Below, piece by piece: positions 1 through 12,842 of a stretch of DNA of 64,000 nt. The DNA is taken from the NCBI RefSeq assembly GCF_963853765.1, contig NC_088857.1, positions 34,348,001 to 34,412,000 of the forward strand, read 5' to 3'. Position numbers and translations under genes: made by a program. The notes below the pieces were generated by a model. It saw only the letters and a list, made by a program, of their open reading frames with translations, did not search any database and was not told where the DNA came from. Position 1 is the first letter of the stretch; every line of letters starts with the position of its first letter. Origin of the DNA: Magallana gigas. Taxonomy: Eukaryota.

Positions 1-284
1 TTTTTTTACAAAGTTGAAACAATAAAAGTCCTTTTAGTAACATTTATTTGTTTTCTTGTATTAACGTGGTTTTATCAATATTTGTCAAACAATTTCTGTC
101 ATTTAATTTTGTTGTCAAGCCGTTTCACAAAATAAATGCTAATTGCAGTATAAAAATATCAAATGTAAATGATCTAACTACTGAATTTTACTGTATACGT
201 CAATCAAAATTGATGCCCTCGGATATCAATGAAACCACTGCATGTCGTACTCTCCTTGCCCCAATCACTGGTTCACACACCTAC

Positions 285-356
285 CTTAAGTTTGGTGATT
301 CCCTCTATCGTTGACTCCGTCCCTACAAGTTCTCTGACTAGCGTAGATCCCAGATA
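285..356 (-). CDS. ANKS1: ANKS1 exon 21, PTB domain (YLGSTLVRELVGTESTIEGITKLK)
   Basis: Acceptor tttcag, donor gtaggt, phase 0/0; PTB YLGS motif. Confidence 0.92.
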
Positions 357-790
357 CTGAAAGCATTGAAAATTTCATACAATACCTACAGAGATTAGGA
401 TTAACTTCTGTACTAATATTGTTAAGTCAGTCAAACTTTGTTATGTTATATGAAGCTTTTATTATTTTTTTGCTTCATACAGGAAGACAGTTTCCCCTCT
501 ATTTCTTATGAAAATCAATTGTAATTCATAAAGAAACTGACATGAATAGTAAAATGACCTGTCCAAAAATGAATAAAAACTTTCCTTTAACTTTAAAAAT
601 TGTTTACAAATGCATTGCTTAGCTTAACAAATGTCAACCTTAATTCTGAACCTAAATAATTTTGACATTGTTCAAAGATGTCTTTCTTTGTACTTTTGGT
701 GTTGACTTGGTTTGGATTATTTCTGAATCAATCAAAACTTGAGATGTTTCTACATCTTATCCATGTCATAGCTAGTTTAAACATATAATA

Positions 791-1008
791 CTGTAGATTC
801 CTTATTATACGCGAGTACTTAATTTCGCGATTCAACGATTTTCCATCAAATCGCGAGAACACAAAATCGCGAATGTCAAAATTTTATCATAGTTTCATGT
901 AGATTACATGTGTCCGAAAATTAAAAGTGAGATTTTAGAATTCGCGAAACAGTCTTCTCGCGATTTTACACGGATATTAATTCCTCGCTTTTAATAAGGA
1001 ATTTACAA
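791..1008. mobile_element. MITE family A copy 1 (TA TSD, Tc1/mariner-like non-autonomous)
   Basis: TIR ctgtagattccttatta / taataaggaatttacaa flanked by TA; homologous to 34569-34785. Confidence 0.85.
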
Positions 1009-1051
1009 TAATAAGCCCTACAGACGCCGCAAGTTCACTCTGCTCTGTTAC

Positions 1052-1180
1052 CTGGGCGGTGTAGTTACAGCAGCCTTTGATCAACATCTCGGGCCGGTGC
1101 CTCCACTGTTTGATGGGGGTGGTGGTGTTAGCCTGGTGAGGGGGGCGAATGTGTATAGAGCTGTCCCTCAAAGCTTTACC
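1052..1180 (-). CDS. ANKS1: ANKS1 exon 20, start of PTB (GKALRDSSIHIRPPHQANTTTPIKQWRHRPEMLIKGCCNYTAQ)
   Basis: Acceptor cctttcag, donor gtaaca, phase 0/0. Confidence 0.92.
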
Positions 1181-1593
1181 CTGAAAGGATCATCAAATAA
1201 CCAAACTTTACTTTTCATCAAGGATCATGCAACTAACTACTTCTTATCAGAGTACTGAAAACTCGGTAAATTATATTTACAAGGAAAATATTGAACACTA
1301 TAGAATCATACTGGTAAACGTAAATTTATTATTTGTTTTTTTTCTTTAGTACAATTTTTGAAAAATAAAAGGTAATTTTTAAATAATTTTTTTTTTGCAT
1401 GAGTAATTTTTTCAATGCAAACACAATATTGGGCCTTTTTAAGATACACACAAACCAAAATTTTTTGCAATTTTTACGTTTTCCAAAACTAGCAAATAAT
1501 ATACCATAGAAAATTCCAGATATGTGATTGTAGCTTCAGTATATATTTATGCATTTTTTTACTGTTTACATGTATTGCTGATGAAGGTTTTAC

Positions 1594-1761
1594 CTGTTCT
1601 TTGCGGAAAACTTCCTCATCCTCACTGCTATCTGGGAGGGACTGGGATACCTTGTTGTCCTCCTCGGAGGATGAGGCAAGAGGTTTGACCTTGGTGTAAT
1701 CCTTGTAAAGGTTAAGTTCAGGCTCTGAGGATGATCGATCCTCATCCTTATTGCGCCTCTT
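1594..1761 (-). CDS. ANKS1: ANKS1 exon 19, SAM2-PTB linker
   Basis: Acceptor tttttag, donor gtaaaa, 56 open codons (KRRNKDEDR...FRKEQ). Confidence 0.85.
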
Positions 1762-2219
1762 CTAAAAATAAAAAATAAAAATAATAATTCATAAACAATT
1801 AAATAAAAATAAGAAATCTTTAATTCATATTCCCAGAAGCTCTCTAAATTAAAAACTTTAAAAAGGTGACATATATATATATCAAAGCCTGACTACATGT
1901 GTAATGGTAAAGATAGTGCTTCTGTTTGAAATGCTTGCATTGATTGGCAAATAGGAGATATTTTACAATGGTCATCAAATTATTTGTATGCTATACAAAA
2001 ATCTCAATAGGTTTTAGATATAGCATCTATTCTAACTGAATTTGCAAAGCAATGAAAAATCAAACCGAATGAGTAAATTCACTCAAAATAAGTTAAAAAT
2101 AACACACATGATTTGCATGTTATGACAACACTTCCATGTAAAAAGAATGAAGTATAATTGAATCAATTTAGGATATGACAGAGAAGTGCAGGAGTTATCT
2201 CTCTTTGTCCTTGTCGTAC

Positions 2220-2446
2220 CAAGCTGGTGAACTGTCGGTCAGGCTTCTTCCTGTGTTCTAGCGAGGCCAGGATCCGCTTCCTGTGCCCAACAGCTGTGAT
2301 GTCTAATACACTGATCAGCTCCACTTCCCACAGTTTCATTACTCGGTCCATCGTGTCAAAGTTCTTGTTCATGAATGTTTCCGTCTTGTCCCCCAGATGC
2401 AGCGAATTCAGCCATTCACTGACGGAAGGGGGGAGGTTATCAGGGT
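2220..2446 (-). CDS. ANKS1: ANKS1 exon 18, SAM domain 2
   Basis: DPDNLPPSVSEWLNSLHLG...LWEVELISVLDITAVGHRKRILASL; phase 1/0. Confidence 0.95.
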
Positions 2447-2983
2447 CTGAAATATTTACACAACACTTCTAAACAAACAGTCTATAACAGTTGCACATAA
2501 AGGATATATTGCTACATTTGTCCCAAACATCCAAAATGATTTCCGTACCAACACTATATTGGACTCATGTAATTGTCTGATAACCATGCAATGGTGAATG
2601 AAACAATCTAAGTGAAACATGTATGCATACTTAGTTGATTTGAAAATTTTACTTTGGTATTTAGTCATTCACCATAAATGTGAACAAAAAGCCCTGGCTT
2701 ACCTATGCTCTGCATAGAAATCTAAATACCGGTACATTTAATTATTTAGGGAAGTAAAATATTACTGTCAGATGCACTCTTCTTATCTAATTTTTTGGTT
2801 GTGAATACTATGATCATCATGCCAGTCTTTGATTTAAATTAATGTAGAAAAATTAACTACCATCAAAGCAGCAATGCTCCAACATTGGTGCATGCAGTGA
2901 TGAGGTTGCACTTCTAAATCATCTTGATCTCTAAACAAAAAAGCAACTGCAGTAATTACATGTAGCTTCAGTACTTTGATTAC

Positions 2984-3095
2984 CTATCGGGGTAAGCTGG
3001 GGCAGAGCTCTGGCTGAGTCCAGGATCTTCTTTCTGTGCTCTGCTGAGGTAATTCCAATGGCTTCAAGGTCACTTTCCTCCATTATCTTTCCTCC
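2984..3095 (-). CDS. ANKS1: ANKS1 exon 17, SAM1 C-terminal half
   Basis: GGKIMEESDLEAIGITSAEHRKKILDSARALP; phase 0/1. Confidence 0.95.
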
Positions 3096-3223
3096 CTGCA
3101 AAAAAAAGCATCGTGCAGCTTTTTAATAATACCTGACTGTGTAAATATACACCTGCATCTATGAATATGGATAAAACATCCATGCTATTAACAGATGCCT
3201 CATTTAAATGACTGAGAACTCAC

Positions 3224-3327
3224 CAAGAAGTCTGTGTGATCGAAGCCATTAGCGACCAGAGTGTTCTCGTAATGTCCCAGGCCGTTTTCCTCCAGCCACT
3301 CCCCGACACTCAAAATCCTCCCAGGGT
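3224..3327 (-). CDS. ANKS1: ANKS1 exon 16, SAM1 N-terminal half
   Basis: PGRILSVGEWLEENGLGHYENTLVANGFDHTDFL; donor gtgagt; phase 1/0. Confidence 0.95.
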
Positions 3328-4594
3328 CTATCAAACAGCAACAGATGTAGATGCATACATACAAAAGTATTGGTACATGAAAATGAATAAAAACATATTA
3401 ATTATCCCTATTACTAGTACTGATTTACAATTAAAAAAAAAAATAAAATACATGCATTTTACATACACATGTAAAATATTTTTTTCCTCAATTTTTAACT
3501 CCCAATATAACTTTTGTTAAATTTCTTGTAAAAAATCTACACATAATTCCCACCCCCTCTCCCTTTTTCTTGTACCTATCATTTTATCCTACATGTACCG
3601 GTACATGTACTCATATCAGATGCATGAATATCTTGACTCATATCCCATCTGTTACAAACATGCACCAAGTGATTTTTATCGACCCCACTATCTCTATACA
3701 TATGACTGAATTGGCTACGATACAACATGTTGTACAGAGAAAAATTGAAACATTAATCATATTATAACAGGGAATACTTTCATATAATCAATGATGAAGA
3801 TCTGCACAGGAATGCAAAGAGTCAAACAAGTCAAGATTTATTTTAAAAAAGCATGCAAGATATATTCAGAATAATTTTCAAATCGGAGAGATTATGGAAT
3901 CAGTTTGAAATCTGCAATTGCAGCATGACTTGGCCTTAGCATTGAAAGAATCAAAGCAGAGAGAGAGAGAGGAAATAGCTGGGAACAATGTGGATTCCTT
4001 TACTTTATCAAATCTTTTTTTTTCAAACCTGACCGCATTCTTCAATTTTTCTATCAAAATATCAAAAATAATCAACACAATCATGATATTGTAAAAATTA
4101 CAACAGAAATCTATTAAGAATAAATGGTGGCTGGAATTCCAAAGATTTTTGGCAGCTGGAGTATTACGGTAAGTTTTTTTTATTATTTTTTTTTTTGGGG
4201 GGGGGGGGGGGGGGTTTCAGGATATCCTCTGCTTCTTAATGTCATTTTGGTTATTTTTTTGTTCCTATCTGATTTGGTAATTGGGGGAGTAGGAAGGGAG
4301 GATTAGGTTGGCAGTGGAAGATGGGGGTGGGGGGGGGGGGGTGGGTGGGGGGATTCAATAACCCCAAACATATTTAAAACTTACTTTTTTTCACTCCTTA
4401 GTTATATGTGCTGTAGCTATGTTTTACTAATTTAGAAATCTTAAAAACTTCTAAACATGAGTGAAGCTGTGATGCTACTTAAAGTGCTTTATGTTTTATA
4501 GACTCTAATCTGAGTGTCGTTCTTATGTCTATGTGTGATAGGATATTGATGACATAACAGGATAAACCAGCTATGAGACATTATGAATACATAC

Positions 4595-4703
4595 ACTGTT
4601 GCAAACTGTCGGCTAACTTTTTCAGAAAGGCGGGTTCCATTTCTCGCATGAACACTGACTCCCTCGCAATTCCACCCCCAAAAGATGCCATAATGTCCTC
4701 AAT
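4595..4703 (-). CDS. ANKS1: ANKS1 exon 15b (IEDIMASFGGGIARESVFMREMEPAFLKKLADSLQQ)
   Basis: Acceptor tctttag, donor gtatgt, phase 0/1. EWAK|IEDIMASFG resembles the vertebrate EWDEIEKIMSSIG motif as recalled. Confidence 0.88.
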
Positions 4704-5453
4704 CTAAAGAACATGCAAGACTACAAGTGCAGAAAGGTCATGCAAATACTGTAAGGAAATAGATATCGTTTCACAGGATATCTGGCGCTTTCAATAAGGA
4801 AAAACAAGTCCTGCCGCTTTTAGTAGAATAAATAGGAAGGAAAAAATATAAAAGAAACCTGAAATCCACAAAAAATCTTGTTAATTCAATGGTTAGTCAG
4901 CTGAGAAATTAGAAACCAGTCTGGGTTTAGAGGAGATTGGGACCTCGTCCAGTTTTTTGTCTTTAAAACTAGTGCCCGTTCCTTAGTCTATACTTCTACT
5001 CTGCAACCTTAGTGTTGTTACCAGTATCTGTTCAGTGTATATATATTCCAATTTATTGTTAATTACATGTAATATGTACTAGCATGTTCAATTTCGATAT
5101 ATATATCCATCATAATGGGATTTTGAATTGATTTTGTTTTAAAAGTTTGAGTGATATTTTGGAAAAAACACTCCATTACTGACGATTTCCTCTTCTGTTC
5201 TAGCAAGCCTAAAATTATCTGCCTTTTTAAGCTATATAGTATCTGCAAGCTCAGAATGTTCCATGTAAAGAGGAATGTATTAGTATGAGAATCAGCAATC
5301 ACAAAAAGAAATTGGTACTGAAATTGGTAATAGATTTCATTCTGTTCATGCATGGCCTAGAATATGGGCAGATTATTGTGTGAAGATGTGAATAATTCTG
5401 AAATTGGTATGGACACACAAGACAATGTGTGCCTTCACAGCATGCTGGTGTAC

Positions 5454-5544
5454 CTCGGTTGAGCATCTGTATTTCGGCCTCAAATGACGGCAGGTCAGTG
5501 TACACACCAATGTCTCCTCCAAAACTAGAGACAATATCCGCAAT
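5454..5544 (-). CDS. ANKS1: ANKS1 exon 15a, paralog of 15b (IADIVSSFGGDIGVYTDLPSFEAEIQMLNR)
   Basis: Acceptor tttgacctttag, donor gtacac, same phases (0/1) and same I.DI..SFGG.I start as 15b. Confidence 0.7.
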
Positions 5545-6065
5545 CTAAAGGTCAAAGGTCAAATTAATTCTAATTTCGCGTTTCCAAAATATAAACATCT
5601 CATAAGAATTTACATTTCATAATACATGTCAAAATATCAAAATGAGGATAAAATATTGCCTCTAAGATAGCTTAAGGTTTCATGTAGTTCTGTAAACCAA
5701 CTTTAAAATATAATATTCCCAATGACAAAGTTTTGCCTTTCCTAGCTATCTGACTTCAATCATATTATCATGTATTTTTGCAGTATATTGCAGTAATTCA
5801 TAATGATTTGAACAGGGGCATTGAGAGTATTTCTTGTACCCTATAACAGTTGGTTAACAGTACAATGTGCCATGTTCCTATCAATACAGACCACTTTTTC
5901 TACCATCACCTGAATATGTACCTTAAACTCTGATAATATTTAAATCAAGGCGATAAAAAAGGACTGAGAAAATCCTGGTTCTATTAGAGGAAGTTTTAAA
6001 GCATATTCATAAGTTTTCACTCTAAATTAAAATGAAGCCAGCTCATTTGACATTATGATGCTTAC

Positions 6066-6319
6066 CTTCGCCCATTCCTCATCATCATCTGGTCCATCTT
6101 CTTTACCATGTAACCTTGACATTCTTGGATCATGAGATGACATTGCAATTGTGGCCATTTTCTTTTCAAAGCTTTCTTCCTTCATGGGATCCAAGGTCAT
6201 TGCCAAGGCGCCAGGAAGAGACTTCCTCTTAGAGGACCAGGAATTTCGATGAGCGACATTGTCTGAAATTTGGGTCACTAAGGTCCTTGGTCCACCAATC
6301 ACAGAGCCCCGATACAGAC
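6066..6319 (-). CDS. ANKS1: ANKS1 exon 14 (GLYRGSVIGG...DDDEEWAK)
   Basis: Acceptor cattgtag, donor gtaagc, phase 1/0; completes the PFA-GLYRGS motif across the 18-kb intron. Confidence 0.9.
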
Positions 6320-8747
6320 CTACAATGACCAAAAAAACCATCACTGCTTCACTGTAGTGTACACATCATACAATAAAATATATAGTATGTACATATGGTT
6401 TATTGATCAGTATATATTCATCGGTGTCACCGACACCTCAATTAATGCACCCTGCTGTGTGAGCTGTACCCTGAAGGGAAATACTTACTTATATTTATCT
6501 AACTTTCTCTAATTAGTCATCCACTCAATTTAGGTATTCTTACTGGTAATTAAATTTGTGTATTAAGAGAAACTCTCGCTCAATAACATATTGCATGATA
6601 CATTTTCAAAAACACAAGAAAAATTATAAATGTAAACATTTGATTCTGCCACTATTTTCAGGCCCCTTTATTTTCCACAAAAGCATTTAAATAAGCATGT
6701 ACATATATATCAGAATAAATTTTGTTGACCCCCCCCCCCCCCCCTTGACGCAAGATCTTGCATAACTACTCTTTGCACAGTATCTTAATTTATTTCCTGC
6801 TAATACATGTACAACAAGCTGAGACTTCCTTCTCTTTTACTTTTTATTTTACCTCTTTCTGTGGGTAAATCAGTAATATCAATGTAAACTTATAAATTGT
6901 ATTACTTTAAACATCAAAATGTCTTGATTAACATTTTATTACTGTACTGTGTTCATTCAATATATATTGCAAAAATAAACATCCAAAATCACTCTCCTTA
7001 TAGGCAAAATCTGATCAAAAGTTCTCCCCGAAATACAGGACTAGATGACTCCTGAAGTGATTGCTAGCATATTGGTTTGATATGAAATTTGAAATACCTG
7101 AAATATCAGTTTATCACTGCCAAAATATTTTTTCTAACACTAATGAAAAGCATGTTCAATCTGTAAAAGCCATTATTCTTCCATCCTCAATTAGCACCTA
7201 CAAATTAGCACTGCTTGAGCCATGGCAGCAGTAAAGTCCCAAGTCAACCATATTTCAATGCCAATATCAAATTCCTTGGAGGAAAGATGCATTCAGATAC
7301 AAAACATAGCCAAAGGTGAATCAATGCACAATGCTCTGCTGCTGATGATAATGGTTTGATGATGATGATGAAGATGACTGTTACATCACTAAGGATTTTA
7401 AACTTAAGGAACCCTGCAATGCTGCATTCATTCACGTGTGTGTGAGCATTTTTCTAAAAACCCTTGTTATTGATCATAGTATGCTTGAAGGCAAATGAGT
7501 AACTATATGAAGATGTGTCCTGAGTCTCCATACACGCATCATTTGTACATTATGCAAAGTGCTTTTAAATTTACCAATACATGAAATTTTTTGGTTGGTT
7601 CTACAATTCGTAAACAAGATATCAAAACCATTTTTCCTAAACCTGCAGCAAAAAACAAACAGCAAATCTTCAGGAAACTTAAAAAAAAAAAAGCTGTAAA
7701 AACAGCAGTAAATGAGATGTCAAAGTTCTGATGTTAACAACTGTTTTTTTCTCACAAATTGGCCAAGAATTCATGTTTCCTTCTTCTTTTTCACTTCATT
7801 ACCCAAGTTCATTGCTTGTGGGTGCCCGCAGAACATCTGACTAATGATCTGTATCGAGTATACCTCACTGTAAACAAGACAAGCCAGATGCTGGCCCATC
7901 TTCTGTCTGACTAACTGTACAACAGTCAACAAATTGTGCAACAAGTAAACATTGACAGGAAATGCTGTCATCAATTACCCGGTACATTGAACTATTGCTG
8001 CAATTAAAATTCCCTGTTTCAATGAGCTAGGTTTTAAAAAAGTGCTGTTTATTAAATACCCGGGTAATTAATAATATTATCTGAATTGAATTGCATGAAA
8101 ACATTATGAGTTATGACACTAACTTAAGTTGAGCAAAAATCCCTTTCAATATGACCATGAAACTGCTGCCAACATTATGAATCTTCAAACAAGTTACATG
8201 ATCACAGAAGATCTAAGCTTGACCACTAGTACTAAATATACTCTCATCATGAACAGGTCAGGACCTATACATCTTACATCACTGATAAGATCTACCTGTT
8301 TCTAACTACTTAATGAGCTACACTCTTCATGACTTATTGCAACTTAATCCATGCCTTGAATCAAACCAATGAAAAAAAATCATTTGTACTGGTAATCCAT
8401 GTACTCAGGTAATGGTTGATAACCATAATAAACCAGATTTGAATTTTAGAGTTTCAATTTCATCATGACGTTAATGTACCTGTAATGAAACCTAATGATG
8501 ATGACTTAATAAGATGCCCCTTGATTGAGTTATTAAGATCCAAAGGAAATAAATAGAAGTTCCATTGATGACATAAAATATACTAACTCAATACTACACA
8601 AAATGTGCAATAACTTTTTCAAAAGCGTGCCAATATGTTGAACATTTAATAAAAATTTTAAACCTTCTGATTACAGTGGATTGTTGCAGAAAGAATTCCT
8701 GAACCATGAATGTTCAAGACTCAATCTGAAATATCTAAAAATACAAA

Positions 8748-8753
<6 letters not shown>

Positions 8754-8775
<22 letters not shown>
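8754..8775 (-). CDS. Candidate alternative first coding exon of a short ANKS1 isoform (MRIWYQP-G)
   Basis: ataATG followed by CAG|GTATGT in phase 1, matching exon 14; a locally GC-richer block lies upstream at 8830-8945. Confidence 0.4.
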
Positions 8776-8778
<3 letters not shown>

Positions 8779-8871
8779 TACACAATTTTCAAAAAACAGA
8801 CACAATAAATTTTTTAAAACAATCTAAATCTGAGCGGGATCGCTGTTGTGCAACTCCCGCCAAGCCTCTGC

Positions 8872-8910
<39 letters not shown>

Positions 8911-10958
8911 TGGGGGAGTGTAAGTCCTTGATTCCCGCTCATATGTGAAAAAAACATTTGGCAATGTACAGTTTACATAACTTTACTTGAAGAAGCCCAA
9001 GGAGTGCTGCCATATCAACCTCTATCATTTGTAATACACTTTTCTTAGTGTTGAATTTGGGATAGGTAGTAAAGTTTATTTAGCTCGACTAGATATTACA
9101 TCAAATTTTTAAGTCATGTTGCTAAAAATATATCAATTGCTACTCTCTGTTTTCATGCTGACTTGTCAAAAATTTAAATATATTACAATGATAGAATATA
9201 ACAAAATAATATGTTATGGGGTTACATAATTGTTGATCATTCTACATAAAGTTCAATGTTACTGGTATTTTTTGTAACAAAACAGCAACAATGTTCTCGA
9301 ATGTCAATAACAATTGTTGACATCTTAGCTAGATGTCTGTATCATTGATCCAGAATTCTAACAGTATACCATATGACTAACCATAACAATATAACCTCAT
9401 CCACCTTAAATTTTCAAATTAGATGGATTATAAACGATATCTCATAGAACACCTAAATGTCACTTACTAGTTTTCCATGGATATCATACCAGGTTCATTT
9501 GGAAACTCTATGACTTATTTAGAAACTATGATGGCAAAGAGAACTAAAACTTAAGTCACCTTGACCTCACAATATCATGCTTTTGTGATTTCTAGAATGT
9601 TGGAATTCATCCAAACATATTAGTTATTGAATCATATTCATAGAAAAACCACTTGTTGAAACCTCTGGAATACAATACACTCAAGGTCATTTTCAAAATC
9701 AATTTTAGCTGACGTTGATATATCTTGACCAGCTTAATGGCCACTTGACATTCCTGACAATACTATATCAGGCTAGTTTAGAACGTTCCCAAGATCTCTG
9801 TTTAGTTTTCTAGCTGACTCATAATTCTTATACAGGTGCATTCCAAAGGGCCATAACTCATACTGAACCTGCCTGTGTGGGATATTACCGCTGTCTCCAT
9901 ACATTATCCCGATACTTGCACCTAGTAATGCATCACATAGAACTCTCAGGAAGTGCTTTCCTGCCGTTTGCAATATGTACAATATGGATTATTTCAGACG
10001 TTAAAGATATATCTATAAGTACAAAGCACATGCCCCTAAAATCTCAAGAATTCTTTTATATTGTATTTAAATTGTTTGAAAGCACAGATCATGAATCAAT
10101 CAATTTTACTCCCTATCAGTTTTTGGCAAAGTTTTTTGACTGTGTTCTTTATATTTATTTATGGAGGAATTAAAAAATTTATGCCACATTACAACCAGAA
10201 ATTCTAGAACCTGTAGCGTCTGCAAATGCTCCAGTGCTAGCAGTCTCTCAAGCCAAACACAACCAACCATAACAGAATTGAATGAGAACAAAATTGATAT
10301 CAGACTAAGAATTCTGCATGGTGGAAGACATCTTCTTCTATGAAGATCAAACACTCAAATAACCACCTCACCTTACGCTCACAGAATAAAGCTGCATGTA
10401 AAATAGTCTATGGTTGAAAATTCGGCTAAATGACTTAAAGTGTTCAGAGTATAGAAAGTGTGAGTTTTTGGTTAAAAAACACATTTGAAGTGTTAAACTG
10501 CATATTCTGAAGCCATTACCCTTTGCATCCAAATGCTATACCTCAGTGCCAACACAACATAAAATGTTGATTATGCAATATCTCAAGAAGTTGTACAGCT
10601 TTGCACCACCTTTATCGATAATAAAACTTAAACTTCTTACGTATTACATATATTGGAAAAATGAATACCTTTGGGTTACAAATGCTTACTTTTCAATGAA
10701 AAGACTGACAAAATACTCATTTATAAGAGAAACATTATTTAAAAAATTGCTTTGAGACTGCATTTATCTTTGCCAACAAATGTGTGATGCTACATCCTAA
10801 AGAAATATACTGTAGTTCTTCTTCTCTTCAAATGAGAGATCAAATTTCCAATATAACTCCCTCACTATAACTCCTCTGTGTCAGATAAACTAAACACACC
10901 AACCTCTGAAACAAAGCACTTTTATCAAGTGCAAAATACCTTGCTTTCAATTTATCAC

Positions 10959-10989
<31 letters not shown>

Positions 10990-12842
10990 ATGAAGGCTAT
11001 CAAAGCTGTGTACGGATCTGTTTTTCTCCATGATCATCACTGAAAATTCCTCCGATAAGCTAACTAATTTGACAAAGTTCTCCGAAACAGACAACAGCTG
11101 TGTCAAAATTACTACCACAGCACTGACATCACAGCTTGATCGCAAAAAATACCATATGCAATAGACTGCCAAAAAAAACCTGTGGGAAAATTTGGAAATG
11201 GGTCATTTTCGTTACTCCCTAGCACCACATTATGATCTTGTTTACTATAGGTATGATTGATATGTAAGTGCATCATTGTTTGGCGCCTGGAATAACAGCA
11301 TTTTATGCTTCACTTCTCCCCAGGAACCAAGACATTATTGCCTCCCAAGACACTATCATGTCAGCCAGCATTTGATACATTGCCTATGATCTGCAGGTAA
11401 ATCTGACTTCCCTGGAATTCATGCCAGAATTCTTTTGCTCCTCATTTTTGCTTCCAGCTTGACTCCTAGCTTCTTGTCAAGATAAAGCATGCCCACAGAC
11501 AATAGAAAAAGCATCTGGCGCAACTTTCTGTGTATGGTGATAATGAAGGGTAACCTTTTTTGAAGTGATAGAGAATTAGGTTCATTTATACTTTCAATTA
11601 ATTTATAATGAATAAATATCTAGATGTGACAATGGTGATATATACGTCCAATACCAGAAGTTACTAATATTACCATACTTTAAGAGAATAAATATAAATA
11701 TCTCAATGTATCAAGAATCTATCCAATTTTACCCATTAAAAAGCAGCATGATTCACCTTAAACATAGCGTTCTATATTGAATCAATATAAATATCTGTCT
11801 GTTTTCAAACTACCAGTAAGCTTATGTATCATAATTCATGAAAATGTTGCGGTTTTCCCAAAGGACTTTTACTTTCTACTGTACATTCATTTAACATATA
11901 AACTATAATGGAAGATAATAAGCCTAGTGTAAAAACTTTATAAAAATTCCACTTACCTATAAAGTGTCTTTTATATTAGTTATTATGGTCAGTCGATCAA
12001 ATGTACTTTATGAACCAATAAAAGCACAAAGATGAAATTTACCCATAAACTAGTCGTTTACTGTACATGTACTTCCCATTCAAGAGAAGAGCTTTTTACT
12101 GTTGTACGTAAAACAGTACATAATTTGCAATCTATACATCTGCAAGTGACTTCCTGTAGTGAATAACACAATCTGTATGGAGAAGCAGCTCGCTGATGAT
12201 ATAGCTGTGGTAAGTGACATCTCCGCATATTGTCTACACCCTTGTAAAACATCATGTAATTTTATGCATCACTCCATTTCGCATCCTTTTGTACAGCAAT
12301 TGTTACAAAATTACACCGTTGAACCAGTACTGAAATCATTCAAATATAAATTTGTTTCCTTCCCGACAGGGATATCTTAATTGCCCTTTCCGATAATGAG
12401 GAAGTAAATGAAAAAAAAGGAGTGTAAATACCAGTACTTCATGAAACTCACAAATGCAGCAAAATCACTTGAAACACTAAAAAAACATTCTACATTACAT
12501 ATCTCTTTTTCAGAATTAGTAAAGAATTACCTCCCACTACAAAATTATCCTCAAGTTACTCCACAAAGATAAGGACGGACGTAGAACGTGTACTAGGTTC
12601 GCAAAGTTCCCCTTTTCTGCAAACTTTAAGTGTCCATGCAATCCCTTATTTCAATTTTTATTTTTACATTTGCAAAAATGCTTCCTTATATGAACTTAAA
12701 AAATAGCGAAAACGTTCAATTCTCTGTTAACATTTTCATGACGTCACAATGATTATAGCACATGCTTATCAATTGGATTATTGTAAACAAAAAAACACGG
12801 TAATTTTAACAATTCTGAACGATTTTCCTTTTACAAATGTAA

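Noticed and set aside
9773-11172. Several 60-110-aa intronic ORFs (e.g. 10840-11172, 9773-9982) as a possible nested gene
   Set aside because: No recognisable domain and no consistent splice phases linking them. A rough estimate predicts a few ORFs of ~100 codons by chance in 64 kb at this base composition.
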